Positions 26,588 to 39,630 of a DNA stretch of 64,000 bases are shown piece after piece. Under the pieces are notes generated by a model that was not told the DNA's origin, did no database searches, and saw nothing but the letters and a program-made list of their open reading frames with translations. This stretch comes from Octopus vulgaris (lineage: Eukaryota): assembly GCA_951406725.2 (NCBI GenBank), contig OX597817.1, positions 33,604,001 through 33,668,000 of the forward strand, read 5' to 3'. A program made the position numbers and the translations under genes. Numbering within the stretch: the first letter of the stretch is position 1; the number at the start of each line of letters is the position of its first letter.

Positions 26588-27010
26588 CTTCTTGTTTCTT
26601 TACTGCCCACAATGGGCTACACACAGAGGGGACAAACAAGGACAGACAAACGGATTAAGTCGATTATATCGACTCCAGTGCGTAACTGGTACTTATTTAA
26701 TTGACCCCGAAAGGATGAAAGGCAAAGTCGACCTCGGCGGAATTGGAACTCAGAACGTAGCGGCAGACGAAATAACTATTTCTTTACTACCCACAAGGGG
26801 CTAAACACAGAGAGGACAAACAAGGACAGACAAATGGATTAAGTCGATTATATCGACTCCAGTGCGTAACTGGTACTTATTTAATCGACCCCGAAAGGAT
26901 GAAAGGCAAAGTCGATCTCGGCGGAATTTGAACTCAGAACGTAGCAGCAGACGACATACTGCTAAGCATTTCGCCCGGCGTGCTAACGATTCTGCCAGCT
27001 CGCCGCCCTC
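26588..27010 (-). mobile_element. SINE-B with duplicated body (two units), 15-bp TSD ttaatccaaaggaca
   Basis: TSD at 26573-26587 and 27011-27025; one head followed by two core+tail units. Confidence 0.93.
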
Positions 27011-27449
27011 TTAATCCAAAGGACAGATCTTAGTGTATGAAAAAAATGAAATGGATTTATTGATTTTCGTCTTTAAAGTTTGTTTGCGTCGTGGTAAATG
27101 GTTATGTGGTTGGTTGTGTTATCGATGGCGCCGGTTCAAATTGACTGATACGAGTAGGTCATGGGTTTGCCAGCGATTTTCGTAACTTCTTTTTTTTTAT
27201 ATTTTTCTTATGGTTGGTCACATAGTTGGCGTGTTGATGACGTCCGTTCCGTTTCATAAGTTTCAATATGCAGTTTCGCGTGAGATTTAAGTTCGTATTG
27301 CTAGCAATATCATTCATTTGACAGATATCAATCTTACACACAGACTTAATGTGGATGGGGTACGATTTTTTCTGCAGTAATATTTGTTAGATTTTCACAC
27401 ATGTTGGAACTAATTCTGTTTTGAGATGCCTCAACGAATTAGGGTAGCA

Positions 27450-28200
27450 GAAATGGAGACTAATCTAATTCCATCTAATATTTCATTTTATGTTTTAATG
27501 GTTTTGCGAGACGCCTATGAAGTCGAGGGCACTTATTCCTGCTGTCCTCATCATCCTTGATTTACGATGTAATTACTCCATAACAGAGTACATGAAGGTT
27601 TTATACAGTGTAGGTAGTTGTTATAGAAAATGGAATTTGAGATAACTATTTCAGAATTTTAAAATCGTTGAAGCGTATAGCTGAAAGGAGAGAGAATAAT
27701 GGAGATTGACATCGTCAACAGTAATGTATGTAATCGAAAATGATTGAGAGGAAATCATTGATGAAGTTGATGAAGTGGTTTCAGAGATCGGAGATCTCTA
27801 GTAAATATTTTCCGACATTATGTCAGGACGATGAGAAAGATTATAATACAACTTGTAATTGTTTGCTGTTTGTTCGGTCATGAAATCCAGCGAGCTGGAG
27901 ATGTCGGTATCTGAATGATAAAAATATTTTTTTCACTGTTCTGTTGTTGAACTACGTATTTCTTATTCAGAATATAGAAAGCAAACAAATAGCAATGTTT
28001 TTCCGAGACAATTGATCATGCATCACATTTCCTACCAGGTATATACTCTTTTCTGAGATCTTCAGTTCTAGGCACCACTTGAGCTATGAGTGCGGGACTA
28101 GAATGTCCGCTTCTCTATAATCGACCCCGTGGTGCATAAATTTGTCAATCGCTTTCTTGACGACCATTAAATTGGTCCTTCGTTCTCCTTTTTTTTTGGC
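27450..28200 (-). mobile_element. Very old LINE RT relic (Jockey/CR1-group)
   Basis: Minus strand HFINFINDFLS...IH / TVDDVNLHYS resembles LF..FINDL...YADD..L..S; many frameshifts. Confidence 0.5.
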
Positions 28201-28399
28201 TTTTTTGTTTATTTTCAACTGCTTTTATGTTCATCTGGCATTAGGCCTTTCTCATATAGGCATTAGGCCTTTCTCATATATATTTTTTTCAGTTATCCAC
28301 CCAACAGACATAATTGCAGAACTACTATTATTAAGGCGGTGAGCTGACAGAACCGTTAGCACGTCGGACAGAAATACTTTGGAGTATTTGTTGTTCTAT

Positions 28400-29332
28400 T
28401 CTTTTAATGGTTTCAGTCGTAGGACTGCGATCGTGCTGGAGCACCGCCTTAACTTATTTCTTGTCGGTATTGTTGTCACTTTAAGGCGGCGAGCTGGCAG
28501 AAACGTAAGCACGCTGGCGAAATGCTTAGCGGTATTTCGTCTGCCGTTACGTTCTGAGTTCAAATTCCGCCGAGGTCGACTTTGCCTTTCATCCTTTCGG
28601 GGTCGATAAATTAAGTACCAGTTCCGCACTGGGGTCGATGTAATCGACTTAATACCTATGTCTGTCCTTGTTTGTCCCCTCTATGTTTAGCCCCTTGTGG
28701 GTAATAAAGAAATAGGTATTTCGTCTGCCGTTACGTTCTGAGTTCAAATTCCGCCGAGGTCGACTTTGCCTTTCATCTTTTCAGGGTCGATAAATTAAGT
28801 ACCAGTTACGCACTGGGATCGATGTAATCGACTTAATACCTATGTCTGTCCTTGTTTGTCCCCTCTATGTTTAGCCCCTTGTGGGTAATAAAGAAATAGG
28901 TATTTCGTCTGCCGTTACGTTCTGAGCTCAAATTCCGCCGAGGTCGACTTTGCCTTTCATCCTTTCGGGGTCGATAAATTAAGTACCAGTTACGCACTGG
29001 GTTCGATATAATCGACTTAATCCGTCTGTCTGTCCTTGTTTGTCTCCTCTGTGTTTAGCCTCATGTGGGTAGTAAAGAAATAGGTATTGTTGTCACTTTA
29101 TGGCAGGAAGTTAATCTATGACTGAGTTTGTAGCTGCTGATCTTCCTTGAGTGTATCCTTGAATGCTTGACTGGTCCAGTATCATCGTTAGGAATTTATC
29201 CAGTGTTTCAATAGAGTTTCCCTTTATACTTCTGATTTCTTCGGGTAAGCAGTTGAACAGGTGAGGATTTCTAAATATCAAATTGGTACAATAGGGTATT
29301 TTCGTTCGTGATTTCAGAGATGGTATTTTTGC
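28400..29332 (-). mobile_element. 3' end of an older CR1-group LINE, split by a SINE-B
   Basis: 29100-29330 reads YCTNLIFRNPHLFNCLPEEIRSIKG..LDKFLTMILDQS....RSAATNS, homologous to the C-terminus of the 59-61 kb LINE; the 3' UTR tail lies at 28400-28465. Confidence 0.8.
28484..29082 (+). mobile_element. SINE-B with three tandem 184-bp body units, 18-bp TSD ggtattgttgtcacttta
   Basis: Units start at 28531, 28715 and 28899; TSD at 28466-28483 and 29083-29100. Confidence 0.95.
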
Positions 29333-29490
29333 ATTCTGATTTCAAATTCCTCCGAGGCCGACCTTGCCTTTTATTCCTTTTTGGGGGTTAGCAAAAACAA
29401 AAGTGCTATTTGAACACTGCCGTCAATGTAATCGATGTCCCCCTCCCCTCAAAATTGCTGGCCTTGTTCTGAAATTAGAAAGAATTATTA
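29333..29490 (+). mobile_element. Old SINE-B fragment
   Basis: ttctgatttcaaattcctccgaggccgaccttgcc...aaaattgctggccttg. Confidence 0.7.
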
Positions 29491-30169
29491 TTATTTTATA
29501 AATACTACAAAACATTTTCAGTGGTCTTACTGCTGCTGCTATTGACAAATCTTCAGAATACAATTCAGGATTAACAAAGTGATAGTTGCAGTTAAAATCT
29601 ACAAAACCTATTCAAAAGAAACAATTTTCAATCTCCCATTTAAAAAGAAATGAAAAATAAAACGGACACACACACACAAAAAATCTATATCTGATTGACC
29701 ACTTAACTGAAGAGCTATTTTTTAACAAGTCTTCTCTTCCCTTTACAAATTTGAGCAGACAATTGTCTAATCTTTTTCTGAGTATTTTCTATTTCTCATT
29801 TGCATCTTCACATTTCAGGCCTAATCGCTTTTCTTTCCTCTCATTTAAACAATACATAAAAATCTGGCTTCTGCCTCCACACGTTGTCCACCTGATTGGA
29901 TTGTCCGTTGCGGTTTAACAAAGAAATGCTTTGTATTGTTTCTGATTACCAAAAGAGAGTATGATATTCCATTGTAACAATGTCGTCAAACAAGTTTTAT
30001 TTCCTGTAATTCCCATTATAGTTTCTTGCAAATTAAATCTGGCTTATAAAATATCAATTGTTGTATAAAATATTATTACTTGAATAAAATATTATCCCCT
30101 CCTCCGCCGACACTTTTAATTAATCATCGCCAGCCATAAAAGAGTCACGCGAACCAACGATAAAGTCTA

Positions 30170-30360
30170 TATGCGAGCACGACATGCTAGAAATAATAGT
30201 CACATCTCCCCAAATTGCTCGTAAGTAATTTATAAGAAAGAAGAACATATTGAACAATATAATCTTAGATTTTCAAAGAAACAGCAAACTTGTCATTGGT
30301 TTGTTTCTTATCGTAGCGTTAGATGAGTGGTGCTGGCCTGGGGTTAAACAGCAACAACAT
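30170..30360 (+). mobile_element. Old dispersed repeat, family D (relatives near 10390-10495, 37595-37740, 48180-48350 minus)
   Basis: Shared gaaatagcagccaaat.tc... start and ...gctg.cctggggttaaacaacaac tail across diverged copies. Confidence 0.55.
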
Positions 30361-30387
30361 AAAGACGTCACAAATAGTTGAACAGAT

Positions 30388-30549
30388 GGCGCAGGAGTGG
30401 CTGTGTGGTAAGTAGCTTGCTTACAAACCACATGGTTCCGGGTTCAGTCCCACTGCGTGGCACCTTGGGCAAGTGTCTTCTACTATAGCCTCGGGCCGAC
30501 CAAAGCCTTGTGAGTGGATTTGGTAGACGGAAACTGAAAGAAGCCCGTC

Positions 30550-30590
<41 letters not shown>

Positions 30591-30800
30591 TGCGTGTATG
30601 GTTGTGTGTCTGTGTTTGTCTCCCTAGCATTGCTTGACAACCGATGCTGGTGTGTTTATATCCCCGTCACTTAGCGGTTCAGCAAAAGAGACCGATATAA
30701 TAAGTACTGGGCTTACAAAGAATAAGTCCCGGGGTCGAGTTGCTCGACTAAAGGCGGTGCTCCAGCATGGCCGCAGTCAACTGACTGAAACAAGTAAAAG
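30388..30800 (+). mobile_element. SINE family A
   Basis: Full-length match to the 5605 copy. Confidence 0.93.
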
Positions 30801-31184
30801 AGATGGGTATAAGTTCGTATCATGCCGCCGGAGTTGCACTAACTGCAGCTACTGAAAGAAATCCGTTCATTTACATCAAACTATATTAGAGCCTATGGGT
30901 GCATTCGTTACTAACTTTCTTAGAGTGTGACATAAAACCAACAAGCAGGATAAAGATGCCTATTACTGGCGCACAAAGCTTCACATTTGAGGAGCAGAGT
31001 ATAGTCGACTATATCAACCTCGATACGTCACTAGTATTCATTGTATTGATGAAAGACGAAAGTTGATCTTGATGGGATTCGAAATCATAACGAGGTGGTG
31101 TGATTAAATAATACCTACCGCTCAAACATGTCTGCCAGTTCACCAGCCTCTACTTGAATTTCTACAGCCTTAATGCACAAAGCG

Positions 31185-31433
31185 TGGAGGCGCGTGGCTT
31201 AGTGGTTAGGGTGTTGAACTCGTGATCGTAAGGTTGTGGTTTCGATTCCTAGACCGGGCGATGCGTTGTGTTCTTGAGCAAAACACTTCATTTTCACGTT
31301 GCTCCAGTCCACTCAGCCGGCAAAAATGAGTAATCCTGCGACGGATTGGCGTCCCGACCAGGTGGGGAATTTCTACGCCACTGAAACCGGGAAACCGGCC
31401 CTTATGGGCCTGGCATGGCTCGAGAAGGAACAT
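31185..31433 (+). mobile_element. SINE family C, TSD ttaatgcac
   Basis: tRNA head with A/B boxes; flanking duplication. Confidence 0.92.
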
Positions 31434-31891
31434 TTTAATGCACGAAGCAGTTATACACTTTGATGAACTAACCCCTAGATCAACATTTTATCAGTTCACC
31501 TACTATATAAAATCTGCTTATCAAATATATGAAACACCTCATAGTTTTACTTTTATATCCTACTCCCAATCATAACGTTGCCTCTTTACCCAAGACGCAT
31601 TATTCACAATGAGCTATAGTAATTTTAAATAAACTCAAGGAAGCAAGAATAACTCAATGCCGATGAGAGTGGGAGCATTATATTATTAACCAATTTTCCA
31701 TTAGTTTTCAAAAGGAGTCTTACTATTGTAGTATTTAGGGAGGTTCATACCGCGGATAAAAGCACACTTACTCTTCTGGTTATGTTTACTTCAGTTTTAT
31801 TACCCGGTTAGTTAGATGATAGAAATACGTTCTAGTGATCATGCTATAGCAGAGCATCAGTCAGCGTTTGATATAATTTATGCATTATATG

Positions 31892-32195
31892 TGGAGGCAC
31901 ATGGCCTGGTGGTTAGAGCAGCGGACTTGCGGTCGAGGGATCGCGGGTTCGAATCTCAGACCGGGCGATGTGAGTGTTTATGAGCGAAAACACCAAGGCT
32001 CCAAGCGGCTCTGGCAGAAGGTAATGGCGAACTTCTGCTGACTCTATAGCCACAAATTTCTCTCACTCTTTCTTCCTGCATCTAGCAGCTCACCTGCGAT
32101 AGACCGGCTTCCCGTCCAGGTGGGGAACCTATGCGCCAAGGAATCCGGGAAACCGGCCCTTATGAGCCAGGCACGGCTCGAAAAGGAACAAACAT
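31892..32195 (+). mobile_element. SINE family C, TSD tatgcattatatg
   Basis: Matches the 7140 copy in reverse; TSD visible. Confidence 0.92.
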
Positions 32196-32271
32196 ATGCA
32201 TTATATGCAATGGTTTAAAGCAACTTCACTATTCATTATCCGATTCAGTTTTCAATGTTCGATTTCATTAA

Positions 32272-32447
32272 AGCAGCGAGCTGGCAGAAGCGTTGGTGTG
32301 TCGGACAAAATGCTTAGCGACATTTCTTTCGACTCTTTACGTTCTGAGGTCGATTTCGTCTTTCATCCTTTCGAGGTCAATAAGTACCAGTCAAATACTG
32401 GGGTCGAGATAATCGACTTGCCCCTTTCCCCAAAAACTGCTAGCCTC
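32272..32447 (+). mobile_element. Old SINE-B
   Basis: gcgagctggcagaagcgtt...tttcatcctttcgaggtc. Confidence 0.8.
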
Positions 32448-32977
32448 GTTTCATCTGCAGGGAAGGTGATGTGCAAAAGATATCGTGTTTATTGACTATG
32501 TTCAAAAGGGCCACACCATCAATGGAAAGTACTATGCCAGTTTGCTGAAGCAGTTACGAAAGGCTACCAAGACCAAACGCCGAGGAAGACTGGCGAAAGG
32601 GATACGGTTTCATCAGGACTTTGCTCCAGCACACAAGTCCTTGGTTTCAATAGCCGCTGTGCGTGACTGTGGCTTTGAATGGGTTGGTCACCCTCCATTT
32701 TCTTCTGATTTGACCTCATCGGACTATCACCTGTCGCCAACATGAAAAAACACTTAGCTGGGAACCAGTATCACAGTGTTGGTGACGTCATATCCGTTGT
32801 TGATAATTTGTTTGAGCAACAAGGTGAAAGCGTTTTCACCAATGGGATTCAAGCCCTGCAACACCGATGGAAGAAGTGTGTGCACAAGAAGAACAAGAAG
32901 CCTGTTGAAAAATAAACCTCGTTTGGTCACATTCCACGGGAGTATCTTAGTCAATATCTTTTCAACCGATCTTCGTA
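32448..32977 (+). mobile_element. Mariner transposase, C-terminal half with 3' TIR
   Basis: SAGKVM...FIDYVQKGHTINGKYYASLL...FHQDFAPAH...HPPFSSDLTSSDYHL (D,D34D region); ends cttttcaaccgatcttcgta. Confidence 0.9.
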
Positions 32978-33289
32978 TGTATGATTTTGTTATCTAAGTA
33001 AACATTGTTTAAAGAAACAAAGAATTGTTTTGGTTGTTTGGCTTTTAGAGGAGGAACTATTTAATTCCTGTTGAAAATGGATAATACACGAAAGGATATT
33101 CAAGGTAGTTATTTAATTTTATCATACTTCATTTTATTTTTGCTCAAATATTTCTACTTCTCACCTAATAGCTATTCAAGACAATAGCGAAACTAGCAGC
33201 AGTTTACTATAATTTTACATTCTAAAAGACTAGTATGAAGTGTAACATGCTACTATCACGTAAGTTAAGTTTTAGTTTTAAATAAGCCA

Positions 33290-33780
33290 TATTTTAGTAT
33301 ATATTAGTTTATTTTTAATTTTAATTAAAGAGTTGTAATTAAGAAGCTATAATTAATGGTGGCTCTTATGATATGAATGAATTGTGGTTTGCGTTCACAC
33401 ATTCCTAAATGTATTGTTTCACCGTTGTTCTCTCTTATGAATACAGAAATACTTCATACGAATACTTAATTCTTTTGTGCGTCAAAACTTAAGAAATTTT
33501 AGATGGTATATGCAGATGAATCCTTTGATCAAATGTTTTGTATGCATATGCTATCCAAAATTCTTAATTTTGACGGAGAAGAGAATAAGGAATTCATACA
33601 AACTATTATATATTTGTTTATATCTATATAAAAGAGAACAAAAGTGAAACTACATTTATGTGTGAATGTGAGCGATTTATTAATCCCATAAGAACCAACA
33701 TTAATTATATCTTCATAATTATACCTCCTTAATTAAAATCAAAACCAAGACTAAACTAAAAATACACTAAAAATACACTT
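33290..33780. repeat. Long degenerate inverted repeat (foldback) centred near 33530
   Basis: gtcaaaacttaagaaattt pairs with aaaattcttaattttgac; taaatgta.tgtttcac..ttgttctct pairs with agagaacaaaagtgaaactacattta; tataattaatg.tgg.tcttatg pairs with cataagaaccaacattaattata. Confidence 0.75.
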
Positions 33781-34014
33781 AAATAAATAAAGCTTAAAAG
33801 AAAAGTCTAAATAAAGTCTAAAAGAAAAGCATAAAAAGATATATACTGCATAACACGCTGCATACGAAACTTTTGAAATTTTAGCAACCTGCTATTTTCA
33901 ATGTTCCATTGTGGATCGATATTTAGAGAGAACTATAAAGATATTTATTTTTTAAAATGGTTACCGCAATGCAAATCTCTTCTTGTCACATTCACTCCAA
34001 ACACAAGTTAATTA

Positions 34015-34445
34015 CTCACTGGAAAAGAAATTACTTGTACAAATGCGGCTCAGGTTAAGAGAGACGAGCGTTATAAAACGCTACTCGAAGGCTGTATAGA
34101 TGCTGGTTGGAGTGCAGTACACTGTCCTATAGGAGCTGCGTGTATGAGTTTAACTGGAACCAAACTGAGACGGTGGCTGCTGTCAGTTGGTCTCCCACAT
34201 CAGCAAGCAAGCGCCATCTTGAAAGGGATCCAGGCGACAGTTGAGAAAGCCAGCTATTGGATACAACTGAAAAGGAAAGATGAAATCTGGTTGGAGAGAT
34301 GATGATCACGAAATGGACTGGAGGTCGAACACTAATCAGTCGAACCGTATGCTGGGTCGTCACATCAGTGCGTTGTAAAGTTGTCGAGAGAAAGGCCACC
34401 AAACGATGTATATTTTCTCCTGATGAATCTGGCATCCAGTATGAG
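34015..34445 (+). mobile_element. 3' end of a HERO-like (RLE) non-LTR retrotransposon
   Basis: Open frame 34015-34302, missed by the ORF track (no ATG): NAAQVKRDERYKTLLEGCIDAGWSAVHCPIGAACMSL...LRRWLLSVGL...VEKASYWIQLKRKDEIW*, matching the HERO C-terminus pattern (KY..L...C...GW....P.EVG.RG...AEKAS.W.WLKR). Confidence 0.78.
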
Positions 34446-34907
34446 GAGTTTTTGACTGATTGCACTTGCACAAACAGGCTGTTTCCAAGTCTCACTTTTT
34501 CTTTGAACAAGGTTTAGCTAGATAACAAAGTCATACGTGCCATCTATATCTATTCTTCGTCCAACTTACCCCAATATGATACTATATGACAAAACCTTTC
34601 AATAAATCCCTGTTGCTATGATGAGATCATGTAGAGCGAAAAATAAATACTGCTGTTGCAAATCAAACTGGGAAAAATCTCAATGACTTGTCAGTAACAT
34701 ACGACATTTCGGTCAGCTGTGAAGGAATGTCTTTACTCTCCAGTTCTAGAAAACATCAAAAGGAAAAAAAGATAAAAGGATTTATGCAATATTCCACATC
34801 ATTTCCCAAAGAAAATTCAAAGACTTATATATCAGTATGTAAATAAAGAAACGATATCTCTATTATTTCTGATAATACTTTATTTTTATCATCGTTAATA
34901 TGTGTTT

Positions 34908-35127
34908 GAAGGCAACGAGCTGGCGCAGTCGTTGGCACGTCCGGCAAAATGCTTAGAGACATTTCGTCTGTCTTTACGTTCTGAGTTCAAATTCCGCCGA
35001 GGTCGACTTTATCTTTCGTCATTTCGAGGTCAATGAAATAAGTACCAGTCGAGTACTGGGGTCAATGCAGGCGATTATCCCTTCCCACAAAATTTCAGGT
35101 CTTGAGCTTATAGTAGAAAGGATTATT
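34908..35127 (+). mobile_element. SINE-B, alternative tail
   Basis: Head and core match the 15444 copy. Confidence 0.88.
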
Positions 35128-35410
35128 GATGTGTGTACCCGTGTGCGGCATACGTGTATGTGGTTTTATCGCTAGATTTCTCTGTATATGTCTCTAAATG
35201 TATGCCATAACATACAGTATTCAAAATCTTGCAAGATCAACATCAACCTTATAGCCCACTACACTATCAGATAAGCAAAGTATCACCAGAACAGAAATAT
35301 TTAAGTTTTTAAAGCAGTTTAGTTTATTATTGTTGTTTTTGTGTGTTTGGTCCTGAACCAACACCGATCACGCACACCTTTGAACAAAGGTATTCCGGCC
35401 GACGGTATTA

Positions 35411-35879
35411 TCTCTCTCTTCAATATCTATAAAGCTGAAATACAAAAAAGTTGTTTGATTTCTTGGTTATTTGTCTCATTTTGGGATGGGAACGGTTTAA
35501 AGGGCCGTAGATGGGGTCGGATTGGCGCTAAAATTTACACTGGGGGGTAAAATGGGGTGGGCAATGGTGTGAGGAGGGTTGCAAGTCGCTACCGTTTGAT
35601 TGCCATGGTGAGGAATATGGGAAAAATTGAGTTTTATGGGATAGACAGGTTGCGCTGTTTGAATAATGGTGGCTTTTCGAGTTGCTGCAGGGGCTAGAGG
35701 CGGTTATCTTTAATTGTGGGTGTAAAAATTTGGGGGATTTTGGAAAGGAAGGTAAAGAAGAGGGCAATAAAAAGAACCAGGCAAAGAAGACGAACAAAAG
35801 AAGAAAGGGAAAAGGAGACAACACGCACAAAACAACACCGCCATCAAAACCCGAGCAAAGCACGGGTCAAAATAGCTAG
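35411..35879 (+). mobile_element. Non-autonomous Helitron
   Basis: 3' hairpin cccgagcaaagcacggg plus CTAG|T, like the 3707 element; 5' TC...tataaagctgaa start is approximate. Confidence 0.72.
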
Positions 35880-35916
35880 TCTTTTTTATATAGTAGAGTA
35901 TTATTCTAAGGATATG

Positions 35917-36141
35917 TACGAGGGGGGGGGGCAGGAAAGTTCCTGGCTCTGGGCAAAAAAATAATGCGGGAGGATTAGTTAGTTATGATGTTATTCAGCA
36001 TATTCCCCTTTCAGCTTCACCTACTCATCGCAGCGGTCCTTCAGATTGTCTAAGTCCTGTAAAAGAAATCGGAAGGTTGGGCCTTCAATCAGGCTTTTCG
36101 AGATACTCTTAAAGCCAGGAACTTTTCAGCCACCCACCGTA
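35917..36141. mobile_element. Mariner-derived MITE
   Basis: Imperfect TIRs TACGAGGG...gaaagttcctggct / agccaggaacttttc...ccaccGTA with TA ends. Confidence 0.85.
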
Positions 36142-37145
36142 ATTGTTATTTCTAGCAAGTCGAACAACCGCTAGCGACTCCCTCGTAAGTTTAAGCTGTT
36201 CCAGAAAGGAAGCAAACAACACCGTGCAATGCATTCGCTACGATTGTAACGCAATATCAAGAGCCAATCACGGTCTATTAAATAATTTCATGTTAATGCC
36301 AGATGAAATGTTTAAGCTGAATCTATTGCTTTAGAGTTTTAAGTCTGGCTGATCACTCAACAACATTCTATTAAAATGCTCCACGGCTTTCACTGAAATT
36401 GAAACTTCTGCTCAGAGAATTACAACTCTTCTAACATGTCATGCAGTAAAGATTGCAGAAAACCACTGAAGCAAATGTGTAGTAGCCAGTGATTGATTAT
36501 GTCGACAGACGAGATCGAGATAACGCTCGCGGTTGTACATACGTTCATGCATACACAGAAACACACGAAAATACGTACAAGTACCACCCACACACATATA
36601 CTGTCTATGCACACACACACACACACACACTTACACACACACACACATAGACACACGTGAATTTTTTTTCAAGCTTGGTTTTACATTTTATATTTTGTTT
36701 TCTACGCACGCACACATATCCATCTACGGCAAATAGAATAGAGAGAGAGAAGGTGTGCGCAAATCATTGCATACTGCATTATGGATGGGACAGGTATGGT
36801 TATAAATGCAGACATATATGATAGGTCCATGAAATGCATACATTACACGCATGCGTGTTTGTATGTATATTCATGCAATGAGAGATGTGGAAAGGAGAGG
36901 AGAGTGAAAAAGAGAAGTATTGTTGGTTTACACACTATGATTTTTTTCATTTTTAAAAACATTCTTTTATTCTGTTGCTCTGTTGCTGGTTTCAGTCATT
37001 GGACTGCGGCCATTCTGGGGCACCACCTTCAAGCATTTTAGTAAATTCATTCGACCTCTGTCCTTATTTCTGTCTGATAATTATTTTATCGAGAATATGT
37101 TCCTCGAGGGGTTATTTTATATCTCTTCTTTCTTTCCCTTTCCCT

Positions 37146-37176
<31 letters not shown>

Positions 37177-37232
37177 CCTCTCTCTCTCTATCTCTCTCAA
37201 TCTCTATTTCTCTTCTCTGTATTGTATAAAAG

Positions 37233-37490
37233 AAGGCGCATGGCTTAGTGGTTAGCGTGTCAGCATCATCATGATCGTAAGATTGTGGTTTCGATTCCTG
37301 AACCGGGTGACGCGTTGTGTCCTTGAGCAAAACACTTCATTTCACGTTGCTCCAGTTCACTCAGCTGGCAAAAATGAGTAACGCTGCGATGGACTGGCGT
37401 CCCGTCCAGCTAGGGAACACATCCTCCATAGAAACCGGGAAACCGGGCCCATGAGCCTGGCTAGGCTTTAAAAGGGCGCATTTATTTATT
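37233..37490 (+). mobile_element. SINE family C
   Basis: tRNA head; body matches 31185. Confidence 0.92.
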
Positions 37491-38521
37491 ATATTGTATT
37501 AAAAAAGTGTGCAATTGCCACTGACTGCTGATTACAGCGCTAGAGTTACCCACCAAGATGCAAGTCTGAGCGTATAGGTCGTCACTGCAACCCAAAGGAA
37601 ATAGCAGCCAAATGTCTCTCGTATCACACCACCATCTTTAAAAGAATGGATGAACTTATTAGATAATCTAGTCCTGGATACACAAACTGACTAAATTATT
37701 TTATTCATAAATTTACCCAATCAAGACATAACCTGGGAGTTATCTATAAATATTCTTGGCTGCCAAGACTAATGAGATCGATGCAGTTAATATTCCTCTT
37801 ATATAGTTGCAAATTGAAAGCTGCATATTAAACATGGGCAGGGAAAGCATTTCAAAGGGACGATGTACAGGGGAGCTATTTTGAACGCAGTGGGTTAGTA
37901 TGGAGTTTGGAAACGAAAACAAAAGGGTAAAAAGAAAATGGAAGACAAGTGAATTTAAGGTCTCTGAGTAGATGTGATATGAGACTAGCCAGATCTGAAT
38001 ATTAGAAGCCACTATAGTAACGGTTGAAAAGATGGAGAGAATAGATAGTAAATCGGTGTGAGAAAGACTGGAGCGAATTGGTGAGCAACTTCTTAATAAA
38101 AGTGGCCCTTTTATGCAGCCTTGGAAGGTGCGCTAGTGGCACCGTCCTAGATGTAGAAATAGCACTCCAATATGGTTGTCATCTGTGTTCTGTAGATTAG
38201 CAATTGTTACAGATTGAAGGGTTTTTATTTTACTTAGAAGAAAATATTTGGGATATAATCTTTGTTGAGTGTGCATTTGTCTTGAGAAATCGTCAGGAAA
38301 AGTAAGGCCTTTAAAGCATCTTGTTGCGGCTATTCAGGTTTAGGAATAGGATACGATATTGTTTCTATATGTGTGTAAGTATGGGTACATGCATATTTAT
38401 ATATATCCGTGTATATTAAAAGAATTCTATGTATGAGCAAACGAATATTTAGAATGGAGATCTCTGTTCTCTTTATCTCTCTTTCTTTTTCCTTCGTCAC
38501 TATCATTCTCTTTTTGTAGAT

Positions 38522-38640
38522 AAGTTTCTTTATTGGCCACACAGGTCTGCATACAGATGGGACAAGTTACAAGGTAGAGCTTTTCTTTTGGGGGATGAAA
38601 AAAACAAAAAACAAAAGAAACAAAAAAAAAGGTGGCGTAG

Positions 38641-38682
<42 letters not shown>
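38522..38682 (-). mobile_element. Short LINE-like 3' tail next to (GATA)n
   Basis: Closely similar to 43749-43856; ends aataaagaaac on the minus strand. Confidence 0.65.
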
Positions 38683-39630
38683 GCACGTTGAAAGATAAGA
38701 AGGTTGATTGATAGGCATGTCAACAAGTTGATAGTTAAGTAGGTAGGCAGGCAGATAGATAGACAGATAGATTGATCGAGATATATATATATATATATAT
38801 AGGGAGAGAAATAGAGAGAGAAAGTGAGAAAGACACACACACACACACACACCAATTCGATGTATGTCCAAATTCGATAAAAAAAATATTAGGCTAGGAA
38901 AAATAATTTTTAAACTTTTTTCTGAAATAATGTTTCGGTGTTTTGTTATTTTTTTTTTAATTCCATTCTAACAATATATTAAAATATCGATTGTACCCAT
39001 GCAGTTTTATTCAACATTCAACGTTCTATACGGAATTCTTTCAAGTTTTGAAGCAATGATAATGAAACTGTTTGCAAACCATGAAGTTGGAACAAATAAT
39101 AGAGTATAATTTTTCAATTGCAGTGATTGAAATTGGAGACAAAATCAATATTGCAGCTATAATATATTTCGTTTTACAATTTCCCCCAACAAGAAGTAAT
39201 TATTAAACGCATATTCGTAGATGTATATATGTCTAGCGTAAAACTGTCCGTAATAAAATAATGCTCATATATCTTTCTCTCTACTAATGACCCTCTGTTT
39301 TTGTTTTAAAATTCTTTCCCTCAATTTCGTTATGCTACTAAATTCAACGTCCATAATTTATTTTCTACTTAAATGAATATCGTTTAGTTTATTTACTGCA
39401 TTCATTCATTTAGTATATATATTTTATTTATTTTTTTTTTTACTTACATTGTTCAAACTATTTATTTATTCTTTTGAAGGTGGCATAAAATTTCATTCAT
39501 CAACAAGCTCATCTTTCACCACACTGTTCGATCAATCATAAGGTGTGTGTGTGTGTGAGTGTGTGTGTGGGGGCGCGTGTATACATATATGTGTATATAA
39601 ATTTACATATGTAAGTATATATACATATAT

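Noticed and set aside
28531-29082. Tandem repeats considered as a CRISPR array
   Set aside because: 184-bp units with no unique spacers and no cas genes; these are SINE bodies in eukaryotic DNA.
31892-31965. tRNA gene-like sequence (also at 19219, 37233, 45930)
   Set aside because: A/B boxes continue into repeated SINE bodies with TSDs; these are SINE heads, not tRNA genes.
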